Assembly: GCA_036172245.1 (NCBI GenBank)
Contig: JAYWIR010000024.1
Span: forward strand, 1,116,001-1,180,000
Direction of reading: 5' to 3'
DNA: 64,000 nucleotides
Source of the DNA: Raillietiella orientalis
Taxonomy: Eukaryota
In this document: positions 37,600 through 49,970 of the stretch, piece after piece
How the letters are laid out: every line of letters starts with the position of its first letter
Numbering within the stretch: the first letter of the stretch is position 1
Made by a program: the position numbers and the translations under genes
Notes under the pieces: model-generated
The model's database searches: none
The model's input: only the letters and a program-made list of their open reading frames with translations
Told to the model about the DNA's origin: nothing

Positions 37600-39800
37600 C
37601 TTTTCCTGCTCCCTCCCATGCAGCCAGGAAAGTGGAGAGATGGGGGAGAAATAAAGACGGGAACCCGCGAGTTTCGTGGGGACATCCAGCGTCTTCCTGT
37701 TTCAAGGGCAAGGCTATCCGGACCCTCAGGGATTCCCGGGGTCTTCTGGAGGCGGGGGAAGGGATTGGAAAAGGAGAGCTTCTGGTGGTGGGGAGGAGGT
37801 CGATCCCAAGTGGTAATGGCCTCAGGGAGCTTTCTGAAAGGGCAACGGTGAAATCGAGGGTCGGGCAGAAACCCTTGGTTCCATACACAATAAGAGGAGG
37901 GGGAGGTCGTGACGGGCGCTCCGAGGCGAAGGACCTTCCTCCGGCGCTGCTGCAGCTTCTTGCCGCCGCACCCAGGAAGCCAAACAGGACGGAGCTCCGG
38001 GAAGCGGCGGGTCCGTTTTCTGGGCCCTTGGGGAAGAAAGGAGGGAACATCCCCTGTCAGTGGGGGGGGGCGACTGGCAAGTGGATCCAGGGCCGCGTGG
38101 TGCATCCTTAAAATTTCGGAAGCATCTTTGGCGTTCTTGGCTGTGCGGACCTCGGGATCGAGGAAAGGAGGGACGGGAAGGAGTTCCTTCGGCGTCAGAG
38201 CTGAAGGGACCGGCTCGGGGATGCTGAGGACGAAGGCACCTGCCATCCCGAAACGAGGAGAGGGGAGCTGTGGGAGAGGGGGAACGGAGCAGCAGCGGGG
38301 GCGCGGGGGCATCCGATGGAATTCGAGCTCCGCGGGCGAACCTATCCGGGTGCGCCGGACCTCCTCAGATGCCCGTACCGGGGGTGCGAGCTAACCCGCG
38401 CAGCCCTCGGCGTCGGTCGTGGGGAATCTGAGGGCAGCCGCAGAGTCTCTGCCCTCCAGGAGGGGAGGAGGAGGCCAGAGAAGCCTCGCATGGGCAGGAA
38501 GCGATTCGGGAAAAGAGTCCGCAAGCCACCGGGGGACGGAAGGGTCGTTCGGTTGCGGGCCATCAGGCGATTTCCGGGAAACCTCCCTTCGCGAGCAGGC
38601 CGCTACAGAGGAAAGGAAGAGGAAGCGAGAGAGGGCAGCTGACATCCGTGGTCACTTGGCATCCGGGATCGCCGGAAGCGACGGGAAGGGGGAGTGGTTG
38701 CTTAGAGCCCTGTCCGGTGAGCAAGAAGAGGAGTCCGAACAGGAGGTCGATGGCGGAGATGTCAAAGTCCCTTCCTCTCCTCAGCAGCTCTTCGGCTTCT
38801 CTCAGGATTGAGGTCCCAACCAGTAGCCTTGAGAAGCACGGCGGCAGGAGATTCCTGAGGCAGGGAAGGAGGCTGCGAATTCGGATCCCGGCTCCAGCAG
38901 ACCCTCATCCCAGAGAAGAGCAAGTCTCCGTCTTCGCACACTCTTGCACGTATCCGTGGCGGACCGGGCGGGTAAACTGAGAGGGTCGAGAAGGATCGGA
39001 AGGCAGGAAACTGAAGGTCTTATCCTCAAGGGCGCACCGAATCTCTCAGTCGAGTCGCTGCTGGTCTCTGCTGCCCGCCGGCCACGCTTTCCACTTTCTC
39101 TTCCGGGAGCAGAGCGCGCCGCTCTCTCAGATCAGCCCCTCGCCTCTCCTGGAGGCGCGGAACACCAGACGAAGGACGCTCCTGCGGGATTGCCAGAGCC
39201 CTGCGACTCCTGCGGGAAGTTCCGGAGGCATCAGCTTCCGCAACGACCACTTGCAAGTCCCACAGGAGGCTTCATAAACTCCACGAAGGAGCCACCTGCT
39301 GTTTGCCCTCCGAGGGAGCACGGCTCGCTTTAATAGCCCGAGTGAACGACGCCCACAGGGGGTGGAACCGAACGCGCATGCTTGAGGTGCGTGGTATGGG
39401 TGAGGTTCTCCAACCAAATCCTCGACCACCGCATCCGGAACGAGAGAAGTATCATCGAGAGGCAGGACGAACCGGCAGCTCGGATCGAGAGGAAAACGCA
39501 AGTGGGAGTTCCTGACGACCGGATTCGGTGTTCCGTGGAGACGGAAAGGTGACGGAGGCTCACGTTTGTAACGCGGATGTAGGACTCTCCCTCCTTCTGC
39601 CTCACATTCGGAGGACGACCGACGCTCTCGTAAGCGAAGCAATAGTCGCGGAAGAAGATCGCATACCCAGCTTCAGGGGGCTGGAAACCAGGAACTGCCT
39701 CTACGCGGAGGGTTCCGAGAGGCGAACCAGCAGTTGCTGGCTGACCGACCACAAGAGAAGAAAGGCGCAGAGTGGGGAGGGAGGGATGCTACAAGATCAC
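37600..39800 (+). mobile_element. Decayed REL-clade non-LTR retrotransposon (RT to zinc knuckle)
   Basis: 39340-39560 is homologous (inverted) to the knuckle at 41995-42215. Upstream are ordered, degenerate RT-like motifs (SGPSGIPGVFWR like SPGPDGI; RAAWCILKISEASLAFLAVR like RPI...K...ILA.R). Confidence 0.55.
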
Positions 39801-41819
39801 CCTCCTAAGAGGGATTGTCAGTGAATGGGATGGTGAACATCCTCTCTAGACTCCTTCAAAGGTACGCCCCCTCACGTTCCAGCTGTGACCACTTCTGTTG
39901 CCCAGTTTGTTGAGACGAGTCGGATCACCCACTGTGAAACGCTTTTTTCCCCCTCCCCCCTTCCCAACGAGCGCAGAAGGAATTCTGTCCATTGGATACG
40001 GAGGGAACCGCAGGTGTCTGGGGGTACCTGACGCTCGGATCGATTGGAGGAGGCAGGGCTGGAGCAAGGGAGATCTCAGGAGGGTCACTAAATCAAGAAC
40101 AGCTTCTTGAGAAGGGTGAGAAGGGACAAGGCGCAGGAGCAAACGGGAGAAAACTGCAGCCGAGGAGAAAGCAGAGGAAAAGTGGCGGACTGCACCAGAG
40201 GCTGAGAGAAGACTCTGACGGAACATCCCTTCAGCTAGGAGATGCGAAAGCGCAGAAGGCCCTCTTGAAGGCGCCGCCTCCCCATGCTTCCCTTGGCTTC
40301 CTCCTCGATCGAGAAGCTGAGGGATCCAGATGGAAAGGGAGAGAACTTCTGCCGATTGAAGACCACGGCCGCTTGACGGAGAAGGGAGGACCCTGACCGG
40401 GTCATGCCATCTCTCTGGGATTAAGAGTGTTCCCTCTTCCCCCAAAAAGCACACACCTGGAGCGAGGGAAGGAAAGAAGAGGAACCAGTATGCAGTCCGG
40501 ACGGAGGAACGAACGGGACGCTGCCGTCCGGCACACCTGTGAGGCGGAATCCTCCGTCGCTTCTGATGCACTTGCATTGCTCTCCTCCCTCTCTCTTTTC
40601 TCCCCTGAAATCTGTCCGGAACCTCAGATCGCTCATGCCAAGACCCCGGACCAACTCTTATGCGTTTGCGATCCCTCGACTCTGTCCGGAAAGGCTCAGG
40701 AACCGCGCCCTCGTGTCTTCCGTTTTCGATTCCCCTCGCTGTCTTCCTGGCTGCGGACCCTAGGATCCAGGGGCAGTACCGGCTCAGGCGTGATGGGCGC
40801 CCTCCGAAAGAGAACTTCAGGAAGCCACGTGGGATCCCGGATGGAACGAAGGAAGAGAGTCGCCTCCGTTCCGGCCTGAACACAGAGAGCTTCAGGCCAG
40901 CCTATCCAGCTATGGTGTTCCAGCTATGGCCCCTTAGAGTTCCAAAAATCTCGATGCCGCGGCCAGGTGCTGCCGAGATGACGAGGCACCATAGATCTGT
41001 GAGCCGTCTCCTACATCCCCTCCGCCTTCAGGGTCCTCCCGAACACCCTTCACGGCCGCTCGCACATTGTGCGAGATGAGGACTGCGGTTCTCCTCCTCC
41101 TCCTTCCTGCCCTCTCCCCCATTTCCTTTCCCCACCCCCTTCTCCTTGACCTTTGCTAAGAATCTCACTCCTACCCCTCCTCTTATCAGGGCTAAAGGAA
41201 AACTCAGAACAAACGCGGACGACCCAGAGGTGATCAGGAGGAACCGAAAGGCAACAACCACTGTTTCGACCATCTTCCGCTTCTTATGGACCGTTGGTTT
41301 TTTTTTCTTTTCTTTTATGTTTTGGGTTTCCATAAAGCCAGCGGCGCGGACGTCCTATGAGAGAGGACTGAGAGGGAAAGGAGATGGAGCCATGGAGACC
41401 GCAGCTGCGGTAGGCAGACTCCGGATGGCGCCGGAATCGGGCTGCGAGATCCTGCTGGAGGCAGCAGGAAAAGGAATAGGAGCAAGGAAACCTGGGAGAG
41501 GACAGAACCCTCTCATTCTCAGTGACGTACCTCGGGGCGCGGGAGGCGTCTCCATCGGATGGGACCAACGCTTCGGCCGACCCACTCATCCTTGGGTTTC
41601 ACAAAAGACGTACCAGGGGGTACAATCAATGACCAGCGAATTGCCCTCCATCTTCACCGCCCGGCTGACCCTCCATCCCGTTCTCCACTCGTGGTCTCAC
41701 GAGGTCCCTTGTTCATCTAGGCCGGAGGCTCAGTCTGTGCCTTCAGCGGGTTTGGCTGGAGTGGCGTGTGCTAGTGTGGCACATCATTCATTCCCTTCCT
41801 CCTGATTTGTCCCGATCGC

Positions 41820-42490
41820 TTAGGGATCTGCCGTTCTCTTGGCTCTTCGTCGTCTCAGGAGCAAGATTGACTCTCTGACGGATGCTGGCATTCCACTGCC
41901 AACAACATGGAGAGGCAGCTCTCTGTACCTGCCCTCCTTCCTTCCTCTTCCTCTATCGCCCTGACAGAAGAATGAGGAGGGTAGAAGGCGTCCGCTGTGA
42001 TCACCTCCCCGTCTCCATAGAGCACCGAATCCGGTCATCAGGAACTCCCACTTTTTCTTGCGTTTCCTTCCTGATCCGGGATGCTGGTTCGTCATGCCCC
42101 TCGATGTACATTCTCTCGTTCCAGATGCAGTGGTCGAGGATGTGGTTGAGGAACTTTGCCCATACCACGCACCTTAGGCACACGCGCTCGTTGCCACACC
42201 CGCCGGGCGTCGTTCTCACAGGTAATATAAAGTGAGCCGTGCCACATAACAACAAATCTGTGATCGGAGAGTCTTGGATGCTCACCTGAACAGCAGCTGC
42301 CTCGGCGCGCGATGCCGCTCCGCGCGGGACGTGTCTTCCCTCGGCCGGGGCGCTCTTCCCACGAGGGAAAAACCACGATGTTCGCTTTCGTCCCGGTCGC
42401 TGGCGTTCCTGGGGCCCTTATTGAACCAAGAATTTTCCCTCTCTTCTTGTTGTGGATGTTGCGGTCCCATGCACGGTTTGTCGGTAACAC
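41820..42490 (-). mobile_element. REL-clade non-LTR retrotransposon remnant (CCHC zinc-knuckle region)
   Basis: CLRCVVWAKFLNHILDHC...GHD fits CX2CX8HX4C followed by an RHD-like motif, typical of R2/NeSL/R4-type elements. Degenerate. Confidence 0.7.
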
Positions 42491-42629
42491 TGCTACCTTT
42501 CTTGACGTTTGTGGCTTCCAGAACGAGTGGTGCGTGAATGGCTCGTGATCTGCAAATTGCTCGAGGACACAAATGGAACTGATCAGTCTCGTCCGTGCCT
42601 TCCCGGTTTCCTGGAGGCATCCTTTGCTG

Positions 42630-42945
42630 ATTCTATGTAACGGCCCATTGTATTCTTACGAAACTATCCCTATTTATTGTTCACAAACAAAAGCAGCCAT
42701 TAATATATTGTTAGGAATCCATTGTTGAATGGTCTATTATTAATTCATTTTGAATAATAATCCATTTTTGATTGACCTACCGTCATTACTCCATTGTTGA
42801 GTCTTGATCACAATTAGACACCTCGAAGCCAGGTAAGTACTGTTCCATTGTTGAGTGACCTATTGTTGGCATATAAAACAGCCACTCTTGTGCGTGACAA
42901 TGTTCCATTGTTGAGGGCATATTGTTGAGTACATTGTTGAGACGT
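42630..42945. repeat. AT-rich degenerate minisatellite of CCATTGTTGA
   Basis: CCATTGTTGA at 42719, 42791, 42845 and 42905 plus variants; TGTTCCATTGTTGAG at 42841 and 42901 (60-bp spacing). Confidence 0.8.
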
Positions 42946-43116
42946 GCTATGAAAATAGATCGTTCAGCTGTCGATAACAAACGATTCATTCTGACTTCGC
43001 CGAAAATGGCAAGCAGCGGTTTTCGTAGGTCTAAATCGGTCTAATTGATAGCCATTTGCTGGTTTTGTTGAGCGTCCCACCGCGGACGCCACGAAACTGC
43101 CACGAAAGCTCCGTAG

Positions 43117-46100
43117 GTGCCTTTCGACGCCTTCTCAAGCGCGACGGTCCCGTCCACTTCGGCTCACGCAGTCGCACGTCGCCCGCATTCAAGAGGGCTG
43201 CAGTGTGCCATGGCCGGAACAGCAAAGGCAGGACAGACTGTCTCCTTGGAAGCCTTGTGAGCAGCGCCACGCAAGGTTCCACCGCTCGTCCTCTCGGCTG
43301 GCTCTGCGCTCGAGATAGAAGCAGGCGGGTAAGTGGGAAGTACCAGGACGCATAAAGCGCTGCTTTTCCTGTCGAGACTTTCCGGAAGCAAAGAGTCGAC
43401 GCAGGAGACGGAAGGGGGAGGGGGATGACGCCGCGTGAAAGGAGAGAAGGGATGGGTGCGAATTGGTGGGAAATCGCAATGGCAGAGGTGGCGCCGCTCT
43501 TGCTGAGAGCCGTCTCCAGCAGGCTCTTTAGTTGTCGTTATGATTTTAGCGTCGTCCGTGATACGGCGCGCGTGCACCTCCTTCTTCCCTTTTTTTCCGC
43601 CCGCACTTGAACGTCCCCGTAGCACATCCGTCCCGCTGCATCTGCTCCGAGGTTGCCGGGAGAGAAAAGGGGAGTGGAACTCTCCTTCTCCTCCTTCCCC
43701 GTCCCGGGACGCGTCGCCGTCCGTGACGGGTGCTCTCCCTTGCCGCTGCCGCCTTCTGCCATTCAGGTAGTGCCCGCCGACGGGACAAGAGCTAACGTCC
43801 GCGTGTTCATCAGGATCGAGACGCTGATAGTAGGATGAGGCAGGCATCGCGTCGCTCAGGTAGGACCTTGGAAGCGGCCGGTGACTCCAGACTTTCTTTT
43901 GGTTTTTAGCCTTATCTCTTCCTCTCTTTTATTTTCTCCTGGGGGAAGAGGGGGTGGTGTGGCAGGGGTGGAAGAGGAGCGGAAGGTTTCCTCCTTCTTC
44001 GCTCGTGTGTGCTTCCTCCTTCGTCAAGGAAGACTCCGGTCTTTTCGGTCCTTACGAAAAGGGAGATGGTGATGCTGTTCACATTTCCGAAGGCCAAAAG
44101 CTACGACCACTCCCTCCCTCACCTGAGAAAAGGTGACAACCACGGGGGACTTTCGGGATACATTCATTCGTCAGAAAAGCGTTGGAAATAGATAGTGCTT
44201 ATCTTCGGCCCAGGAGGAAGGAGGAAAAAATTAAAAACTGGGAAGTATCCCTCGCCTTCAGAGAACTGTCAGTCCTCAGTATCCTGGAGAGAGAGGAGAG
44301 AAGGGGAAAAAATGAAGAGTCTTATCGATGGATAGATGCTGCTGTTCGGTGTCTTCCGCTGGGTGGGGAGAGGAAAATTCCTCGCAGACTTGCGGAGATG
44401 AGACGAAGCAACTCCGAAAGGGATGGCCTTCGAGTGAAGAATGCATCCCGGTCGGGATGTATAGCGAGACCGAGAGAGAAAGGAACACCAAGGAGGAACC
44501 GCCAGCTCCTTGTCTTTACAGAGGCTTACGCATCGTCACCCTTCCTAAGGCCCTGACGAACCTTAATCCTATCTGAAAATCCATCCAGGGAGTGTGTGCC
44601 TGGAAGTCTTTCGAACTCGATAGGCCACACGCAGGAAACCTGGTAAGAAGAAGAACACGAAGCTTTTTTTTCGCTCTGTTAAAGGAAGGATCCCATACTT
44701 GTCCTAAGGGCTAGAGAACTCCGGAATTTCCCGAAACGGCATTCCAAGGAAGCGAGAGCGCATGGATAGCGTTTGAACTTGCGAAGCGCGAGCGGAAGGG
44801 CACAAGGAGAATTATGGAGCAATGAGGAGGTGTGTTCTCCATTCGAGGATGACTCCTTCGATGAAAATTCTTGCTCCATAGATGCAGCTGGATTGTCAGG
44901 AGTGCAGTGAAGGCCTCCTTATTGGCAGACGAGTGCCCGGCACTTCTAATCAGGATCCGGAAGAGAAGTGAGAATGCTTCCGAACTGAAGCAGGAGCTTT
45001 CCTGGAAGCAAGAATTCTTCTGCAGAAATCAAGAAGAAATCTCTTCCGCAAGTCTTCTTCGAGGAAACGGAGTCGGGGAAGCAAAAGAGATGCTCTGTCT
45101 TAGGAGTCGAAGAACTTTTCTTTGGACACTCAAGTGGACACTTGGCTGCTAACGTTCCTTCGCCATCGCATTCCGGTTCGAACGCCCGCGAAACATCAGG
45201 TTCAGAGCTACAGAGGGCTTTCATAGTAGGATAATGAATTCACCCTCAATACGAGTTGTACGGCGGTCTCCACTTTCAGGATGATCCTATCCAGTGTGAG
45301 AAAAGGGCAACCAGTTCTATTGAACAACAAGAGTAAGCAAATAGGAGAAAACAGGCAATATCCTCTTCGAAGCTCTGCTCTTTTCTAGAATCTCCGAGGA
45401 TTGGAAAACGTTTTCATGCTCTCTGATCTCGTTCTTGGTGTGCTGATGTGGTCTGCTGCCACAATTTCCTTTCTAAACAGTGGCATCGGCACAAACGGTA
45501 GTTTGTGATGATGTTACGAACGCATCCACTGTCCTTCACAAGTGGATCGATACGAACTTGGGAATGCTCAGGAATCTTCTCAAATAACTTCAAAGCCATC
45601 TCTGAAACGAGCGATTCTTTGGCAAGACTCTTAGAAGTGTCACGATGGAGATTTTTTCCAAGATGATTCATTCTACTTTGTATCGTCTTAAGACTTTGTT
45701 CCTAGGTTTTCTGGAATGGATTATCTTTTGTCTCGGTGTTACCTTCTTTCGAAGTGAAGAAGCTGAGAGAGTATCACAACTGAGAGAAGAAACTGGATGT
45801 GTACATAACTAAAAAAATTCCATCAAGAAGCGAGCTCTGATGTGTAAACTTGGGGAAAAAAACGACCCGAGCATGATCTGAACGCTACACGTGAAGGAAA
45901 CATTTTGCCTGTGGTTCGTAATCCATGTCACTGCCGTAAAATGATCAAATGCAGATTTTGTTTCTTCTGTTACAAAAAACCAACGACAACAACAAAAATC
46001 ATCAAGAATACAGAGGGGGATGCTTTTCCGAAGAGCAACCCAGATTGCGTGATTATCAGAGTATGACATCATCCATCATCAGTGAGCATGACTTGCAAAT

Positions 46101-46640
46101 AGAGTTTTTCTTGGAAGAAGCCTTTTTCCTTCAGTGATAAAGGAACGGAATATCTCCAGTAAACATCAATATAAAATTCACGCTTGCTTAAAAACACTAA
46201 AAAAAAAAATTGTGATCGGCTACCGCAAACATCACTTGGGAAATTGAAAAATTAATCATAAATTTCAGTTATTTATATTGGCATCGCTTTCCAAGAAGCT
46301 TTCCTTGATAGGATGGATGGCTTAAAACGGAATTCTTTGAAGAACAATTGATATATTTGCATATGCTTCTGTTCAAAATATGCAAATTCAGCTTCCTTAG
46401 ATGAGAAAATTTGGGAAATCCACTATCTAAAATCGATAAAAGCAATTCTTGTATTGGCTGATGCTTTGACATGAGGAAAATAATGGGGGATTCATGTGAA
46501 TAAGACATTCTCCACAAAATCACTGGTTTAAATCGAGCACTGATATGTAACACCTTGCTGACTCTTCCCAAGATTGCTCTGAATTCAAACTTACATTCAG
46601 GGGTCACGAAAAATTCCTTCTCTTAATTCTTGAAGAGTTG
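43117..46640 (+). pseudogene. Decayed relaxin-receptor-like LGR (RXFP/Lgr3-Lgr4 type; LRR + 7TM) pseudogene
   Basis: Collinear remnants interrupted by stops and frameshifts. LRRs: SLPHLRK (~44110), EKIKNWEVSLAFRELSVLSIL (~44225), LTNLxLSENP (~44555). TM1: LSDLVLGVLMWSAATISFLNS (~45420). TM2/ECL1: GLSFVSVLPSFEVKKLREYHN (~45720). ECL2: YRGGCF (~46010). TM6: AILVLADALT* with TGA at the conserved Trp (~46442). TM7: LLTLPKIALNSNLHS, compare LPINSALNPILYT (~46555). Boundaries approximate. Confidence 0.6.
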
Positions 46641-49127
46641 ATGGTGATTCTGCTTAGATTAAGAGTAAGTCTTTGGAACATCCGTACCATATCGGTCGAT
46701 TATCAGCTGATCTTTAAGGAAAAGAAAAACAATCGAATGTTAAATGGAAGCAACACATTAAGAGAAACGTCCCTTCAACACAAATTCTTGGATGATAAGT
46801 TGAAGTCTAGTTGCCGATAGAAAAAGAAATCAGTAATTTTTAGAAGGAGCAGCCTCATTAAAAAAAAAAAAAAAAAAAAAAGAAGTCAGTCGGAGAATAT
46901 TTAGGGAATCGAAATCGCGTGAAATGTAGAACCAGAAATTGAAACCACTGAGGGTTTTTTGACCCCTTGATCATATGTCAGATGTGTGTACGTGTTATTT
47001 GTGACCTTCATGCTACTCGAAAGTTATCAAAAATTTCAGTCTGCTTCGTTGAAATATAAAATCAATTTTTACAAGACATCGACTTCTTTGGCAAGAACGC
47101 AAACCACGATGCCTTTTAGTTTAGCTGAGGACGCTGAAGCTGTCGATTCTGCCGCGCAGATCCGTCTGAACACAAAATAGGGGAAAGGGTGTGTCGGGGG
47201 CTAAAAACGAAAAAAAAAAAAAGGGGGGGGGGGAGGGAAGCACACACGACAAGACATGGAGCATTTTGGAACCTGTTCCAAAAGCTGAGGAGTTACTCCA
47301 ACTTACGTAATCGTAACAGAATGAGGTAGAGATGTCCTGTTGACCGAAATTCCCGTTGGAGGCTTCGGATGAAAGCTGAAAGGGAAGGAAAAATGAAATC
47401 AAAAAAACACATGGGAAACCCTCGCGTGGAGGCTGCGAGCAGATGATTAATGTGTGTTTTCCAAGGTGCACCCGTTTATGTGGCTAACTAACAGGCATAT
47501 TTTTCCGAAAGTTCTGTGGGAACTTCACAAGGAATCAAATCTCTCCCAAACACTGCATTGGACCATTCCATTTCGAGTGCCACAGCCAGCAAGAGTCCGT
47601 AAATTCAATATTCCTGCCTCAAGGATATTTTTCGTCTTCTATAAATAGTTAGGCAAACCACATGTCTATCCGAAAGCATCTCATAAACATTTTTAAAGAG
47701 GAAAGAAAAAAAAAAAAAAAGGCAAAAATTCAGTGCAATTCTTTTCGAATGTTTTTTAAGACATTGGGAAAAATGTTTGCCCCCGTTTTAACCGACGAGG
47801 TAATGTCTTCTAGGCTCGGGAGATTGGTTCCCTATTCTCACAAGGTCCTTTTTTGCTTCCTCCTGCGTAGCTTGATCTGGAAACATTGGAAAACGGTTCA
47901 TTTCAAACATTTCCTCTCTGCAGAATAACGTATTTCCGAAAAACATGGAGATTTCAAACACCCGGCTCAAATAGTAAAATGATAGTCCGGTCACGTTTTT
48001 TTTTCCCCGTGGGATGAACATAGCAAGCGAGTGGCTATGACGGTGATGTGTTAAGGAATCTCCCATGCAAGGTTTGGCCTTTACAATTGCTTTACAAAGG
48101 AAAAAAACAAAAAAAAGGGGGGGGGGGCAAAGAGCGGAACCGCGGTTATTATCTCCTTTTTTTTCTCTCTCTCTCTCTCTGGGAAAAATAAATAAATAAA
48201 TAAGGCTTTGCCATGGATTCGTGCTTCTGCGATTTCGGAAATATTGTTGCAAGCTAAGAACTGAGACCGTTTACGGCATGAGACGCTTTCGGTAACGAAA
48301 TGGCACATCGTATTGGGGGGGGGGGGAGGGGGGAGGGAAAAAAAAGAAAAGATTTCTGTGTTCTTGGTAAAAGGTTCTTTTCTTTTTGGGACTCACCGAT
48401 GGAGAGAGAGATAGAAAGAGTTCCGTGGGATAGTGGGGTTGGGACACGTTCGTTTCTTGCTATCCTTCGGTAAGCGTTGTTTTCGGTTTTCGGAATCCGT
48501 TGTAAACAGGCCCGCAACAGTAAGTTGATTGGCAATTTTAGGAAATTGAAACTACCGAGCCACGATACAGAGTTTTTAAATAAGTAGATATTTCCAAGTA
48601 TCATTACTACGTGCCCAGTTGCTCCATGAATTTGTATTTTGTGAACGCCGAGAATACCACGGCACTTGAGAGTTCTGACCAATCTTGTGGCATTTCTTTA
48701 GTGAACATTTTTCTCTAACTCTGCATCCATATCTGCAAAATCCGACCCGCCTCAAATTGCAAGTTAAGGTAACTGTTGAATAGATTGAAATGAAATGTAA
48801 ATGTTTCACAAGTGTAATTGTACATTTGAAAAGTCACTAGTTTCAGCTTTCATGCAAAGATGTAATGCAGGTTGCTGCAAACATCTCAGATCCTGAAAAG
48901 TTTAAAAGTTAAAGAAATGCCATTATCTGTTGATTTAAGGTTTATCCAGGTTTCTGAATGTAGGATCAGTGTTTCATTTTCAACTTATCTGGAAAATATC
49001 TTGTCTTCCATTTGAAGTATTAAAACCAAACACAAATTGAATGCCTGAATTTTGTGATTTAGATAATATTTTTAAATCATGCATTTGAAACTAAATATAT
49101 GAATGAATCTGAACATTACAGTGAACA

Positions 49128-49970
49128 ATGAATGGAATCCCTGATGATTACTGCGAGGAAACAGGTGACACAAAATTTTTCCATTTGTTATGATCATTTA
49201 TGAGTATAAATTCAGCATTGGTACATAAAATGTAAAGTATTGATAAGGGAATTATCAGTAAAATTGCAATCATTATTGCAGATGAGAACATGGACATTAA
49301 TGAAGAAACAAATGAAGATGAAACAGAACATTCCAACATAGTAATACTGACCAACGTTAGTAGTCAGGTTTTCCAAGAACAGAAGACAAAAGTAATATTG
49401 GATATTGATAGAATTTAATTGTTGATCGAACTCTTAGACTCAGCTTGAGTCATTACTCAGATCATATGATCCCAACGTTACCCTCCAATATTTCCATAGT
49501 TTTCACCGTATCCGGGCCAATTTTAGTACATCTCAACAAGCTGCAATAGCCAAGCTTGAGCTCCATCATAGAGAATTTGCAGGCAATGTGATGAACTGCT
49601 ATCTAGTCATAGTAAGTAAACTTTTCAAAAAGTTATCATGCAAATATGAAATACATGAATCTTTCAGCCAGTTTTACATAAAAGTAGTTCTTATTTATTG
49701 CCTCCTAAAACTGAGAAGCAGTTTCTCATATCTCCTCCTGCATCTCCACCTGTTGGTTGGGAACAAGCACATGAAGCCGAACCTTTAATTAATTATGATC
49801 TTCTGCATGCAGTGGCATCTTTAGCCCCAGGACAAGCACATGAATTGCATCCACGTTCTCAAGAACATCCTGCCATTGTAGTTCACATTTGTGAGGACTC
49901 AACAGTAGCAGAAGAAGGTTCTCTTTCAGTGAAAGGAAAAATTCCTCAGACAGCTAGACCTCCATCATAA
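49128..49970 (+). CDS. RCAN: Calcipressin / regulator of calcineurin (RCAN, sarah-like), ~207 aa, 4 exons
   Basis: Exons 49128-49164 (less certain), 49282-49391, 49438-49611 and 49668-49970, with GT-AG introns of 117, 46 and 56 bp and consistent phases. RRM-like [28 protein letters not shown], signature [15 protein letters not shown], PxIxIT-like PAIVVH and C-terminal KIPQTARP. Confidence 0.95.

Noticed and set aside
46269..46607. 112-aa minus-strand ORF as a gene
   Set aside because: It is antisense to the TM5-TM7 remnants of the LGR pseudogene and has no recognisable domain.
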